Source: Rickettsiales bacterium (lineage in GTDB: Bacteria > Pseudomonadota > Alphaproteobacteria > Rickettsiales > SXRF01). From it: a stretch of 64,000 nt of DNA. The stretch lies in contig CAXRIF010000003.1 of the NCBI GenBank assembly GCA_964231325.1, forward strand, positions 560,630 through 624,629, given 5' to 3'. The number at the start of each line of letters is the position of its first letter. The stretch's first letter is position 1. Under the pieces are notes generated by a model that was given only the letters and a program-made list of their open reading frames with translations, was not told the origin of the DNA and did no database searches. A program made the position numbers and the translations under genes. Shown piece after piece: positions 10,199 to 20,589 of this stretch.

Positions 10199-11644
10199 CT
10201 ACATGCTTATGCGCAAGTTCGCAAGCGAGTCACCAATCTGGCGGAATGAGTGCTGTAGGTCGTCACCAGTTGGGCTATAGAAGTAATAATCAGGGTTGGA
10301 AGCACAGCTTTGCATCATGGCTCTAGTGCTACCGCTAATACCTGTGCCGAATGCCACGGTGTATACAATGATACCCGCATTCTTCATATTGGTGCAAACA
10401 GTCTGCAGGCGGTCATCCAACTCATCCTCCGCCCGCCACTGGGTGGTGGTGCCCAGATTGCCGTCCGATAGGTATCCATAGGCACCGCGTACGTTGTTAC
10501 TGATGACGTTGTCACCATCGGTCATAAGTACAACGGCTTTGTTCATGAGCGGGGTATCGTAGTCGAGTGGTAGGTTGTTTGCGTTCATTTCACCCCCCCA
10601 TTGACCCTGCCAGCGTGGGCTAAGCATCCTCCATGCCCATGCTGCACCTAGCACAATGTGTGTGTTGCCTTGAGGGCTCAGTGTTTGTACGGCTGCCTTA
10701 ACTGTTGATTTAGAGGCGGTGAGTGCTTGCAGCTCTTGCGTGCAATATTTGTTTGGCCCACGGTTGGTGCTCAGGCTTTTGTACCTCACCGATGATGATG
10801 GGCTCGTACGACAGTTGTTTCGTGAACTGTTTGTACCAAACCATGCATTATAGTCTCTATGGCATGCCCAGTAATATTTAGGGAAGCGCGTGTCTGGGTT
10901 CACCCCATCGTTAAGTGGTGGATCATCGGTTACATCACGATTATTTGCTTCACGTGCATCTACACAACCGGCCCATTCCGTGGTGCCCCAATCAAAACTA
11001 TCTGGCAATGTCCATGCTGCTCTGCTTTCACCGACATTAACCCCCTGTGAAAACGGAACAAGCCCTACCCAGAGATTGTCTTGTGTGTCCTGGTCACCAT
11101 ACACAATATCAAGCAATGTATTTGCGGCGTTTTTAGCGGCATTAATTTTAGAAGTACCGCCACCTGCCGATCCACCCATTGAACCGGTGGTATCAATGAC
11201 CATCACCAATTCAATACCGGTGCTATGACGGGTGATTTCAGTGTGTGCGGAGATATCTACATCATCAATGCCAAAAATTTTCATGATAGTTGTAGGAACT
11301 TTACCGCTTGAATCGAGTGTCAATACCGTGAGATCTGCGTTACCGGTAACGGTAAGGCTTTGCACTTGCGTATCCAAGTAGCCCGGAGGGAAGTTGGTAT
11401 AGAAATATTTGGTTACTTCTGCGTCAATATCAACGCTGTTTACGTTTGCACCTGCAGCAAGGCCAGCGGCATCCAACGCATTACTCATGCGCGATTGTGC
11501 CATTTGTGCGCGTCCCATATCAATGGCAATACCCGTTGAGCCAACTAATGTCATGATGCCGAGTCCAATCAGCGGCAAAGCTGAACCTTGCTCAGAACAT
11601 AGAAGCTCTTTGAAGGTGTTTATATTTTTTATAAAGCGTTTCAT
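10199..11644 (-). CDS. tadG: TadG-like pilus-associated protein with vWA domain
   Basis: Start at ATG 11644 (MKRFIKN..) with AGGAG upstream. TadE/G-like N-terminal hydrophobic segment (GSALPLIGLGIMTLVGSTGIAIDMGRA). MIDAS-like motif VIDTTGSMGG. Confidence 0.75.
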   Translation of the reverse strand: MKRFIKNINTFKELLCSEQGSALPLIGLGIMTLVGSTGIAIDMGRAQMAQSRMSNALDAAGLAAGANVNSVDIDAEVTKYFYTNFPPGYLDTQVQSLTVTGNADLTVLTLDSSGKVPTTIMKIFGIDDVDISAHTEITRHSTGIELVMVIDTTGSMGGSAGGGTSKINAAKNAANTLLDIVYGDQDTQDNLWVGLVPFSQGVNVGESRAAWTLPDSFDWGTTEWAGCVDAREANNRDVTDDPPLNDGVNPDTRFPKYYWACHRDYNAWFGTNSSRNNCRTSPSSSVRYKSLSTNRGPNKYCTQELQALTASKSTVKAAVQTLSPQGNTHIVLGAAWAWRMLSPRWQGQWGGEMNANNLPLDYDTPLMNKAVVLMTDGDNVISNNVRGAYGYLSDGNLGTTTQWRAEDELDDRLQTVCTNMKNAGIIVYTVAFGTGISGSTRAMMQSCASNPDYYFYSPTGDDLQHSFRQIGDSLANLRISM

Positions 11645-11663
11645 ATGCCGCTCCTTTGATCCT

Positions 11664-12242
11664 TTACGAATCCAATGTTTGTAAATCGCCGAGACGTGGT
11701 TTGAACACACCTACTTTATAAAGTGGCGATATTTCTATTACACCATTATTGGCCATCATAGGGGAGTAGTTGAAGTAAACTTCAGCGACGATAACGGTGT
11801 CTTTATTGTTTAGGGTTAATCCATTTGGCAGGTTTGCGGTGCTGCCTGGGCCACCCACCTGACTGCTCTGTGTCCATGAGCCACCGCCTTTATACTGCCA
11901 ATTTACCAAAGCAGGGCTTCCTTCGTTTTTGCTTACCGAAGTGATGATTACGTATCCATCGGTGCCAAACTCGAATGGTTGCATTACTTCGCCTACGGCG
12001 GCAATAAGCTGATCCAGTTGCGCAACGCTGATTGTTTCTGATTGTGCTACAACGTCGGAAATCGTGCTGGCAGATTTTTCCACTTTTTGTGCAGCAATAA
12101 TAAAGCGCGTCACCTCAACACTACCCATAAATAAAACGAGTAGAAAAGGTAGGGTCACCGCAAACTCTAGATAGGCCAGGCCGCCTTGATCACGTTTGAA
12201 GTTATGTAGTTTCTGTAGCATTTTTTTCATAGCAATTACCAT
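11664..12242 (-). CDS. tadE: TadE-like pseudopilin
   Basis: 192 aa with a TadE-type N-terminus (GGLAYLEFAVTLPFLLVLFMGSVEVTRF). In an operon with the tadG-like gene. Confidence 0.7.
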   Translation of the reverse strand: MVIAMKKMLQKLHNFKRDQGGLAYLEFAVTLPFLLVLFMGSVEVTRFIIAAQKVEKSASTISDVVAQSETISVAQLDQLIAAVGEVMQPFEFGTDGYVIITSVSKNEGSPALVNWQYKGGGSWTQSSQVGGPGSTANLPNGLTLNNKDTVIVAEVYFNYSPMMANNGVIEISPLYKVGVFKPRLGDLQTLDS

Positions 12243-12847
12243 GGTTCGTTTTTGACTACCATACGTCCATTAATGGGGAATGTATCCCCGATAATAGCGC
12301 TGACAATCGGTGTTGTTATAGGCCAGGGGTAGCTTACCGTGTACACAACGATTTCGTTCGCTGCCCCAGCACCAGCTGCTCCCATATCCTGATCCCATTG
12401 CCCATTACCATTAATATCTGTGTAAGTTTCGCCCGGATCAAAGAATCCGTTGCCATTATCATCTAGATATGGCTCAGGATCGTTCACATTATCAAAGCTG
12501 GAATACGTCGTCATAGTTACAGAAATATTTGCAGGATCAAGAAGCCCGGCAGTACGTTCTGCAACATTATCAATAAGCATCTGTTGTCGTGTTACGCCTG
12601 GAGCGGTGTATCCAGTTTTTCCCATGCGCGCTGTATTACTCGTGGCGCTTTCTATGGTTGCCTGCGTAAACATGATCAGCGAGAACTCAATTACGCCCAT
12701 AATGATGAGTATGAATGTTGGGGCAATAAGGGCAAATTCGAGCGCAGCAATACCTTCATTGTTTCCAAGCAGGCCTCTGCGATGTGCATTATTATGTGCG
12801 ATATTTTTCTGCATATAAATACGGTACAAAAATATGTTTTTATCCAT
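12236..12847 (-). CDS. TadE/TadF-like pseudopilin
   Basis: 203 aa with a TadE-type N-terminus (EGIAALEFALIAPTFILIIMGVIEFSL). The true start may be ATG 12814 (MQKNIAH..). Confidence 0.65.
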   Translation of the reverse strand: MDKNIFLYRIYMQKNIAHNNAHRRGLLGNNEGIAALEFALIAPTFILIIMGVIEFSLIMFTQATIESATSNTARMGKTGYTAPGVTRQQMLIDNVAERTAGLLDPANISVTMTTYSSFDNVNDPEPYLDDNGNGFFDPGETYTDINGNGQWDQDMGAAGAGAANEIVVYTVSYPWPITTPIVSAIIGDTFPINGRMVVKNEPW

Positions 12848-13059
12848 CTACAACCATACCAGCCATGCGTTAACGTCTAATGAATTATTGCTTGCAATTT
12901 ATTGATATTTAATGCTATTTTTGCACAATATTTTTTCCGATAGGTAAAATTTTAGCTAAAATGCATATTTTTAAATTGCGGTGTTTACTGCATTTTTTTT
13001 TCGCTTATGGTCGAATAAAGGTGTTTGTATGGTTATGAGGCAGTCTCAAAAATAAGCGC

Positions 13060-14187
13060 ATGGTTTCGTCGTCCATTTTTTTTGTAAATAAATTTGCCAA
13101 TATAAACTGGTTCATCGTGTTTATCATGAGCCTGATAGCCTTTATTGGTTTTGCGATGCTGATCTCAGCAAGTGGGGGTAGTTTTTCTCCTTGGGCAACC
13201 CCACAGATTATTCGTTTTGCGCTAGCGTTCGCTATTATGCTTATCGTGGCGGTGATGCCTATGCGCATTTTGTTGGATTATGCTTATTTCTTTTATTTTG
13301 GTTGTGTGATTGTGCTGATCGCTGTGGATGTGATGGGGCATACCGGCATGGGGGCGCAACGTTGGCTACGATTTGGTGGGGTAGGAATTCAGCCATCCGA
13401 GTTTACCAAGCTTGCCGTGATACTTGCACTTGCGCGTTACTTTCATCACATTCAACCAGAAGACATAAAGCGTCTTAGCTTTATGATTATTCCTGCAATC
13501 TTGCTGTTTATTCCTGCTGCATTGATTTATCGTCAACCCAATTTAGGCACTACGGTTATTGTGTTGGCTGTAGGGGTGATTATGGGATTTCTTGCAGGTA
13601 TTCGCTGGCGCTACTTTATCGGGGTAGTGGTTACAGCAATCGCTGCCACGCCTGTTGCATGGTACTTCATGCATGATTATCAGAAAACGCGCGTGCTAAC
13701 GTTCTTAGATCCGCAAAAAGACCCGCTTGGGGCTGGCTATAATATCTTGCAGTCTATGATTGCGATTGGTTCTGGCGGGTTGTTTGGAAAGGGCTATATG
13801 CAAGGTTCGCAAAACCAGCTCAACTTCCTGCCTGAAAAACAAACCGATTTTATTTTCACTATGTATGCTGAGGAAATGGGCTTTCTGGGCGGGATTATGT
13901 TGCTGTTTCTGTATTTCACGTTGCTGCTTAGCGGAATGATTGTGGCAAGCCGCTCGCGCAGCACATTTGGTGCCATGATGGCGGCGGGTGTAACTGCTCT
14001 ATTATTTATCCATATTATCATTAATGTGGGGATGGTAATGGGGCTGCTGCCCGTAGTAGGAGTGCCACTGCCGCTCATGTCATATGGCGGCAGTATTACC
14101 ATGACGGCGGTGTTTGCCGTAGGGTTGATGCTCAATGCATGGGTGCATCGTGATCAAATGCCGGGAAGGCTGACCCCGAATCTATAA
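13060..14187 (+). CDS. rodA: peptidoglycan glycosyltransferase RodA (SEDS family)
   Basis: 375 aa polytopic membrane protein with FtsW/RodA/SpoVE motifs (IQPSEFTKLAVILALARYF, LPEKQTDFIF, GVPLPLMSYGGS). Confidence 0.9.
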   Translation: MVSSSIFFVNKFANINWFIVFIMSLIAFIGFAMLISASGGSFSPWATPQIIRFALAFAIMLIVAVMPMRILLDYAYFFYFGCVIVLIAVDVMGHTGMGAQRWLRFGGVGIQPSEFTKLAVILALARYFHHIQPEDIKRLSFMIIPAILLFIPAALIYRQPNLGTTVIVLAVGVIMGFLAGIRWRYFIGVVVTAIAATPVAWYFMHDYQKTRVLTFLDPQKDPLGAGYNILQSMIAIGSGGLFGKGYMQGSQNQLNFLPEKQTDFIFTMYAEEMGFLGGIMLLFLYFTLLLSGMIVASRSRSTFGAMMAAGVTALLFIHIIINVGMVMGLLPVVGVPLPLMSYGGSITMTAVFAVGLMLNAWVHRDQMPGRLTPNL

Positions 14188-14303
14188 TATACAAAGAGTT
14201 GTTACATTTCCTTGTAAGCTGTTCGTAAGTTAGTTAAGTTGATCTTGTAGGATTAACCACAGGAATTGGCTCGCGTATTCGTTTGAGCCTGAGAAGTAGT
14301 ATT

Positions 14304-15332
14304 ATGTTGCAATCTTCGCACGGGCCGCGCAAAGGCGCGCGTTCTGGCGGACGTGTGGATGAACGTATCTACGCGGCGCTGGATTTAGGAACCAATAATT
14401 GCCGCCTGCTCATTGCAGCTCCTCAACTGACCGATGGTAATGATGGCCAGCCGCTGCAAACCCTCAGGGTGTATGATAGCTTCTCACGTATTGTGCGTTT
14501 AGGTGAGGGAGTTAGCGATAACGGAAAGCTTTCTGAAGATGCAATGCAGCGCACACTAGCAGCGCTTAAAGCCTGTCAGAAAAAACTGGCGAAATTTAAT
14601 GTAAGCGATGCACGGTTTGTTGCTACGGAAGCATGTCGTCGTGCCGAAAACTCGGATGAGTTTATCAAGCGTGTAGTGAATGAAACGGGCATCACCATCG
14701 ACATTATTTCCACGGAAGAAGAAGCGCAGCTTGCCTTTAAGGGCTGTTCATCACTGCTGACCGAAGACTGTGAACGCGCCATTGTATTTGATATAGGTGG
14801 CGGCAGCACGGAGTTGATGTGGGTGGATGCGCAAAATAATCAACACATCATGGATTGGCTTTCGGTTGATTTTGGGGTGATGAATCTGGCCGATAAATTT
14901 GGCGGTACCAGTTTTTCAGATATGGCATTTGATGATATGGTGGCGGTACTATCACAACGTTTACAGGCGTTTGATGAAACAAATAATATTGGCAGCACTA
15001 TTGGTAATGCGAATGTACAAATGCTTTCTACATCGGGTACGGTAACAACGCTCGCCGCAATTCATCTGGATTTGCCGCGTTATGATCGTTCGCGCATTGA
15101 CGGGATTACACTCAAAGTTTCTGACATACGTGCAACGATTCGCCGGTTGTTGGAGATGCGGCCGTCTGAGCGTTTTAACCATCCATGCATCGGCCATGAT
15201 CGTTCAGACTTCATTCTCTCAGGTTGTGCTATTTTTGAGGCTATTAGCAGTTTATGGCCAACTGATACGATCACGATTGCCGATCGCGGTGTGCGCGAAG
15301 GTATCATTCTTTCACTGGTAGATGAGCAATGA
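14304..15332 (+). CDS. ppx: Ppx/GppA-family exopolyphosphatase / pppGpp phosphatase
   Basis: [14 protein letters not shown] and [11 protein letters not shown] (ASKHA-fold phosphate motifs). The track ORF begins at TTG 14283; the first ATG is at 14304. Confidence 0.85.
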   Translation: MLQSSHGPRKGARSGGRVDERIYAALDLGTNNCRLLIAAPQLTDGNDGQPLQTLRVYDSFSRIVRLGEGVSDNGKLSEDAMQRTLAALKACQKKLAKFNVSDARFVATEACRRAENSDEFIKRVVNETGITIDIISTEEEAQLAFKGCSSLLTEDCERAIVFDIGGGSTELMWVDAQNNQHIMDWLSVDFGVMNLADKFGGTSFSDMAFDDMVAVLSQRLQAFDETNNIGSTIGNANVQMLSTSGTVTTLAAIHLDLPRYDRSRIDGITLKVSDIRATIRRLLEMRPSERFNHPCIGHDRSDFILSGCAIFEAISSLWPTDTITIADRGVREGIILSLVDEQ

Positions 15333-16024
15333 AAAAAACAAAAGGTGGAGATGGAAGGCGAGGGCTTACCGTTCGTGTGAAAACCGCACGCGGACGTAAA
15401 AACTCTTCAACCAAGTGGCTTCAACGACAGCTTAATGATCCGTATGTGCTTAAGGCGAAGCAGGATGGCTATCGTTCACGCGCGGCCTATAAGCTGATTG
15501 AGATGGACGATAAATTTAAGTTTCTAAAGCCCGGTAAAAAGGTGCTTGATATGGGAGCGGCTCCAGGAGGCTGGACACAAATTGCGGCAGAACGTGTAAA
15601 GTCAAAGCCGGAAAAACCATCTGTGTTGGGGTTTGATTTGCTAACGTTTGACCCCATTGCGGGCGCAGACACCATGCAGCTTGATTTTATGGATGATGCC
15701 GCGCCAGATATTATTCGCGAGCGGCTGGGCGGCCCAGTGGATGTGGTGCTTTCTGATATGGCGCCAAATACTACAGGGCACACGGCCACTGACCATTTGC
15801 GCATCATGGTGTTATTGGAAACGGCATACCCTTTTGCCTGTGAGGTGTTGAATAAAGGCGGCGCATTTATCGCCAAAGTATTTCAGGGTGGTACCGAAAA
15901 AGAATTGCTGATGGAGATGAAAAAAGATTTTGCCGTGGTCAAACATGCCAAGCCAAATGCTAGCCGTAAAGACTCGGCGGAGACATATGTTGTAGCTACA
16001 GGCTTTAAAGGAAAGAGCGGGTGA
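15329..16024 (+). CDS. rlmE: 23S rRNA (uridine2552-2'-O)-methyltransferase RlmE/FtsJ
   Basis: 231 aa: [47 protein letters not shown]. Confidence 0.9.
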   Translation: MKKTKGGDGRRGLTVRVKTARGRKNSSTKWLQRQLNDPYVLKAKQDGYRSRAAYKLIEMDDKFKFLKPGKKVLDMGAAPGGWTQIAAERVKSKPEKPSVLGFDLLTFDPIAGADTMQLDFMDDAAPDIIRERLGGPVDVVLSDMAPNTTGHTATDHLRIMVLLETAYPFACEVLNKGGAFIAKVFQGGTEKELLMEMKKDFAVVKHAKPNASRKDSAETYVVATGFKGKSG

Positions 16025-16992
16025 TGTTTAAGAAGCTAGCATTGCTAGCATTTTTGAATGTGTTGATTGCCTGCGCGCCGCAACAGCAGGCATTTGTTTC
16101 GCAACCTGCGGCGACACAAAAACTGGAAGCTAATGTGTTTTACACAGCGGATATGGCAGCGTTGCCGTATCGCGCGTGGTTGCCAAAACACAATATACGT
16201 GCAGTGGTGATTGCGTTGCACGGTTTTAATGACTATAGCAATGCGTTTAGCGAAGTAGGTGAGTATTTTTCCAGCAAGGAAGTTGCGCTATATGCCTATG
16301 ATCAGCGCGGTTTTGGCGGTGCGCCGCAAGCGGGTATTTGGGGAAACAGCAAAAACCTAACTGGTGATTTGGTGCAATTTACACAGTTGGTTTCTAAGCG
16401 TCATCCACACATGCCGCTATATATCATGGGTGAGAGCATGGGTGGTGCAGTGGCTATATCTACAGTTGCTAACCACAGGTTAGAAGTGGATGGGTTGGTG
16501 CTTATTGCGCCTGCGGTATGGGGGGGCGAAACCATGCCATGGATTTATCGTGGTACATTATGGGCATCGGCACATACCTTCCCTTATTGGCAGATGACGG
16601 GCAGCGATCTTAAAATTATGGCTACCGATAATATTGAGTTGTTGCGTAAAATGGTGGCCGACCCGTTGATTATCAAATCAACCCGTGTGGATGCGATTTA
16701 TGGGTTGGTGGGGCTGATGGATGATGCTTATCATGCCATTCCCAAGCTCACGATGCCGACACTCATTCTTTATGGTGGTAATGATCAGGTGATTAAGCGT
16801 GAGCCGATAGAGGTTGCGCTGGCACGATTTAGTAAACCTGTGACCTTTGCGTATTACCCTGAAGGCTATCACATGCTAATGCGTGATTTGGCAGCTAAGC
16901 TGGTGATGGATGATGCGATTAGCTGGATGAAGCGCCCTAGCCATCAGCTTCCCTCTGGTTTTGCTAAGGAAATCAAACCGCTAGAAAATTGA
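16024..16992 (+). CDS. alpha/beta hydrolase lipoprotein (lysophospholipase / monoacylglycerol-lipase-like)
   Basis: Lipobox LNVLIAC, HGFNDY, nucleophile elbow GESMGG. ATG 16024 overlaps the rlmE TGA. Confidence 0.75.
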   Translation: MFKKLALLAFLNVLIACAPQQQAFVSQPAATQKLEANVFYTADMAALPYRAWLPKHNIRAVVIALHGFNDYSNAFSEVGEYFSSKEVALYAYDQRGFGGAPQAGIWGNSKNLTGDLVQFTQLVSKRHPHMPLYIMGESMGGAVAISTVANHRLEVDGLVLIAPAVWGGETMPWIYRGTLWASAHTFPYWQMTGSDLKIMATDNIELLRKMVADPLIIKSTRVDAIYGLVGLMDDAYHAIPKLTMPTLILYGGNDQVIKREPIEVALARFSKPVTFAYYPEGYHMLMRDLAAKLVMDDAISWMKRPSHQLPSGFAKEIKPLEN

Positions 16993-17019
16993 CTTGCCAG
17001 CCGTACAGGTATCTTCTAG

Positions 17020-17305
17020 CTTCCCGCCCAGTGGTTCTCGCAAGAGATTAATAGGGAATGAGGTGTGAATCCTCAACTGTCCCCGCAACTGTAGGCGATG
17101 AGTCTTTCTCCTTATGTCACTGGGTAACCGGGAAGACGGAGAAAAGATGTTCGAATCGTAAGTCAGGAGACCTGCCGCTGAGTGTCACGCGCATCGTATG
17201 AGCCGGGCGAGTCTCGTTGATGTTGGATATCCTTACGTGGTGACATTGCTGTTATTCAAAATGGTTTGAACGACGGCAGAGTGTCACCCGATACGTAAGG
17301 ATTTT
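17020..17305 (+). promoter_or_regulatory. cobalamin (B12) riboswitch with terminator / RBS-sequestering expression platform
   Basis: Core elements AATAGGGAA..GGTGTGAATCC..CCCCGCAACTGTA..CACTGGG..GGGAAG. B12 box AGTCAGGAGACCTGCC at 17161-17176. Hairpin ATCCTTACGTGGTGACA (17229-17245) pairs with TGTCACCCGATACGTAAGGAT (17282-17302), followed by TTTTTT and the ATG. The AAGGA ribosome-binding site lies in the stem. Confidence 0.85.
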
Positions 17306-17308
17306 TTT

Positions 17309-19207
17309 ATGTCTAAATTACACTGGTTGCTTTTCAGTTCATCTCTTATAGCGTGTATTCCCGCTTATGCATATGCCGATGAAGAGGATACACAAACTAT
17401 TCCGCAAATCGTAGTTTCTGCTACGCGCTCTCCCACTGATATTACCAAAATTGCCAGCTCGATGACGGTGATCACTGCCGAAGACATTGAGCGCAAACAT
17501 AAACCTACCGTGGCGGATTTATTACGCGAAGTGCCAGGTGTTGTTGTTGCAGGTAACGGTGGTATAGGCCAAACTTCACGTGTGTTTATGCGTGGTACGA
17601 ACTCCAACCATGTGCTGGTGATCGTAGATGGTGTGTCGATTAATGATCCGTCAGATCCTTCAACAGCGCTCGATTTTTCTAATCTTTCTACGGATAACAT
17701 TGAACGTATTGAAGTGCTGCGCGGGGCGCAAAGTACACTTTATGGTTCGCAAGCGATTGGTGGTGTAATCAATATTATTAGTAAGCAAGGCAAGGGAAGG
17801 CCAAAACACAGCTTCTTCACCGAATACGGACGCTACAACACTAGCAAAAGCGGGCTATCTTCTTCTGGCGAAATTGGCCGCACAGCTTATAGCGCGCAAG
17901 TGAGTTATCTAACTACGGATGGTGTGTCATCACTCAATAAAACGCGTGGTGGGTATGAAAAAGACGGCAGTGATGCGCTGAGTTTTGCTACCAATTTATC
18001 GAGTAAGCTAAGCGAGACCTTTACCGCAAAAATGAACCTGCGTTACAACCGAACGGTTACGCAGTTTGATAGTCTTGGTTCGTCTATTCCGCGCCCTGCG
18101 GATGACTCCGAGCCAGAGAATGATAGCCGTCAGTTTACCGGGCGTATTGCGGGTGAATTGTCATTGATGGATGGTAAATGGATTCAAGAATTGGGTATTG
18201 GTTATCTGACGTTGAACCGTGCGTTGATTACGGAATATTTTGATGCGGGTTTTGCTGTGCATTTCGGGCGTAGGCAATTTCATGGCTGGCGTGAAAGCAT
18301 GGATTGGATACATCGCGTTGCGCTATCAGATAAACACAAGCTGACCTTTGGAGTGGAGGGCTCGCGAGATCATTTTGCGGCATCTTCCGTGGGTGAAAAA
18401 AACTCGGAAAATGTAGGTCTGTTTATTGATGATCAATATGAAATTAATGATAACTGGTTTGTAAATGCTGGTGTGCGCAATGATCGTCATAGTGCGTTTG
18501 GTGGGCACACTACATGGAAAGTGGCTCCGGGCTATCGCATTAACAGCACGGGCACCACGATTAAGGCAAGCTATGGCACGGGCTTTAAGGCGCCTTCGCT
18601 CAGCCAGCTATATGATACGGCATCGGCGAACCCTAACCTGCAACCAGAAGAAAGCAAGGGGTGGGATGTTGGTTTTGAACAAGCGTTGATGAAAGATAAA
18701 GTAAGTTTTGGCGCAACCATTTTTCGTAATGACATTACCAACCTGATTGGTTTTTCCAACACGCCGCCATTTCCTGCTATTAATACAGGCAAGGCGCGCA
18801 CGCAAGGTGTGGAGAGTTTTGTCACACTTCGCCCATCACACAAGCTTACGCTGAATGCGACGCATACTTATACGCAGGCAGATAACCGGGTGAATGAAAA
18901 ACAACTGGCGCGCAGACCGAAACACACGGCAAATGCGGACTTAGTATATCAATATAATAGCGATGGTGATGTTGGTCTTAATGTGCGCTATGTAGGTACC
19001 TCGACTGATATTGATTTTGCCGCGCCGTTTGGTCGTGTACAGAACAAATCATTTGCCACGGTCAACTTATCCACAAATTATCGCGTAAACCCCAATACAA
19101 CTGTGTATGGGCGTGTGGATAACTTGCTCGATAAGCGCTATGAAGAGGTCTATGGCTATGGGCAGTATGGAGCCAGTGCCACGGTGGGAATGAAGCTCAA
19201 TTTCTAA
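17309..19207 (+). CDS. btuB: TonB-dependent outer-membrane receptor, BtuB-like
   Basis: 632 aa with a signal peptide, TonB box region (IPQIVVSATRS), plug motifs (IERIEVLRGAQSTLYGSQAIGGVINI) and a C-terminal aromatic residue (..KLNF). Preceded by the B12 riboswitch. Confidence 0.85.
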   Translation: MSKLHWLLFSSSLIACIPAYAYADEEDTQTIPQIVVSATRSPTDITKIASSMTVITAEDIERKHKPTVADLLREVPGVVVAGNGGIGQTSRVFMRGTNSNHVLVIVDGVSINDPSDPSTALDFSNLSTDNIERIEVLRGAQSTLYGSQAIGGVINIISKQGKGRPKHSFFTEYGRYNTSKSGLSSSGEIGRTAYSAQVSYLTTDGVSSLNKTRGGYEKDGSDALSFATNLSSKLSETFTAKMNLRYNRTVTQFDSLGSSIPRPADDSEPENDSRQFTGRIAGELSLMDGKWIQELGIGYLTLNRALITEYFDAGFAVHFGRRQFHGWRESMDWIHRVALSDKHKLTFGVEGSRDHFAASSVGEKNSENVGLFIDDQYEINDNWFVNAGVRNDRHSAFGGHTTWKVAPGYRINSTGTTIKASYGTGFKAPSLSQLYDTASANPNLQPEESKGWDVGFEQALMKDKVSFGATIFRNDITNLIGFSNTPPFPAINTGKARTQGVESFVTLRPSHKLTLNATHTYTQADNRVNEKQLARRPKHTANADLVYQYNSDGDVGLNVRYVGTSTDIDFAAPFGRVQNKSFATVNLSTNYRVNPNTTVYGRVDNLLDKRYEEVYGYGQYGASATVGMKLNF

Positions 19208-19362
19208 ATTGCCAGATTTTTTTCGTCGCTTAAATCTGTACTACTCATTGATATTTATGGTGAAATCCTCGTAACACAACCTTAACTATAATAGGGTACT
19301 GCTAAAATGGTATAATTCTTGAATTAAAGAGTAGAAAATTCAAGGAAAGCCAAGGGTACGAG

Positions 19363-20361
19363 ATGGTTAAACAATGGGTAGGTATAAGTGCACTAGCTGT
19401 GATGTTAATTACATCGCCTGCTGCTGCTGTGACCGATCCGTTGATTGAAGGGGCGAAAGAGTGCACCAAGCATCTCGCGCGTTACGAACGCAAGTATGGT
19501 ATTCCGACACATCTATTATCCGCCATCGCTTCTACAGAGTCTGGGCGTTATCATAAAGGTATTAAAATCAGTGTGCCTTGGCCGTGGACAATTAATGCCG
19601 CAGGTAAGGGCTATTACTATAAAACCAAAGCTGAAGCAGTGATGGCTGCTAAAGGCCTGCGTATGCGCGGGGTAAAGAGCATGGATGTTGGCTGTATGCA
19701 GGTGAATTTGTTTCACCATCCAGACGCCTTCGCCTCGATCGAGCAGGCGTTTGAGCCACGCTATAATATTGAATACGCGGCGAGTTTTTTGCGTAGGTTG
19801 TACGAAGAAGATAAGTCATGGAAAGTGGCCGCTGCTGCTTACCATTCTAAAACACCGAGCCGTGGCAAGAAATATGTCGGTACGGTGTATGACAGATGGT
19901 ATGATATCGTTTCTAAATTGCGCCAGGCGAGGTTGACAGCTCCTGAAAAACGCCTTCTTGCGAAGAATGATACAGTGGCAAAGCCGGTAGTTTTGAAAAA
20001 GTTTGATCCTGAAACGCAAAAGCTGAAACCGGTAGGGGAAGAGGTGCAGACGAGGAAGATTGCTGCTTTACCTGAACAGCGTAATACTACGCCACCTAAG
20101 CATAAGACCCCACGTATGAACAGCATCAAGGTCACACGTCAGGAGGACAAGCGCGAAAACGGTATTATTGTGGTGCGTCCTGATATTAAGGTGGTAGATG
20201 CTCCAGTGCCTGCGGCTGTCCCGGTAAGTGCTACGTCTGATACGGTAACGGTTGCACAAGTTAATCCGGCTTCTGATGCTAAGGTGGTTCAACTAGGTAA
20301 AAAACCTGAGCCTACAAAAACAGATAAAGTAACGGGGCCGCGTTTTATCTTTGCCAACTAA
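19363..20361 (+). CDS. secreted lytic transglycosylase (SLT domain) with Pro/Lys-rich C-terminal region
   Basis: Signal peptide. SLT catalytic region LLSAIASTESGRY and MQVN, AASFLRRLY. Confidence 0.75.
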   Translation: MVKQWVGISALAVMLITSPAAAVTDPLIEGAKECTKHLARYERKYGIPTHLLSAIASTESGRYHKGIKISVPWPWTINAAGKGYYYKTKAEAVMAAKGLRMRGVKSMDVGCMQVNLFHHPDAFASIEQAFEPRYNIEYAASFLRRLYEEDKSWKVAAAAYHSKTPSRGKKYVGTVYDRWYDIVSKLRQARLTAPEKRLLAKNDTVAKPVVLKKFDPETQKLKPVGEEVQTRKIAALPEQRNTTPPKHKTPRMNSIKVTRQEDKRENGIIVVRPDIKVVDAPVPAAVPVSATSDTVTVAQVNPASDAKVVQLGKKPEPTKTDKVTGPRFIFAN

Positions 20362-20403
20362 CTTTGGTTGCGAATCTGCCAAAAATAACCTATAACCCTT
20401 CTC

Positions 20404-20589
20404 ATGAAACCTTATGAAGTGATACATGTTCAGTCGTTGGAAGTCGCCTGTGATGGCGGTGGCGGGGCGCTTGGACACCCTAAAATTTATCTTCATATAG
20501 ATAGGGATAAGGGGGGGATTACCTGTCCTTATTGTAGTCGCAGCTATGTGCTGAAATTAAGTTCTGCGCGTCAGGTCAGCAACGCCTAA
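20404..20589 (+). CDS. zinc-finger (zf-CHCC, NDUFS6-like) domain protein
   Basis: 61 aa: VACDGGGGALGHPKIYLHID..ITCPYCSRSY, typical of the alphaproteobacterial zf-CHCC small protein. Confidence 0.7.
   Translation: MKPYEVIHVQSLEVACDGGGGALGHPKIYLHIDRDKGGITCPYCSRSYVLKLSSARQVSNA

Noticed and set aside
13005-13268. 87-aa minus-strand ORF overlapping the rodA start
   Set aside because: It is antisense to the first transmembrane helices of rodA. It has no RBS and is a shadow of a hydrophobic coding region.
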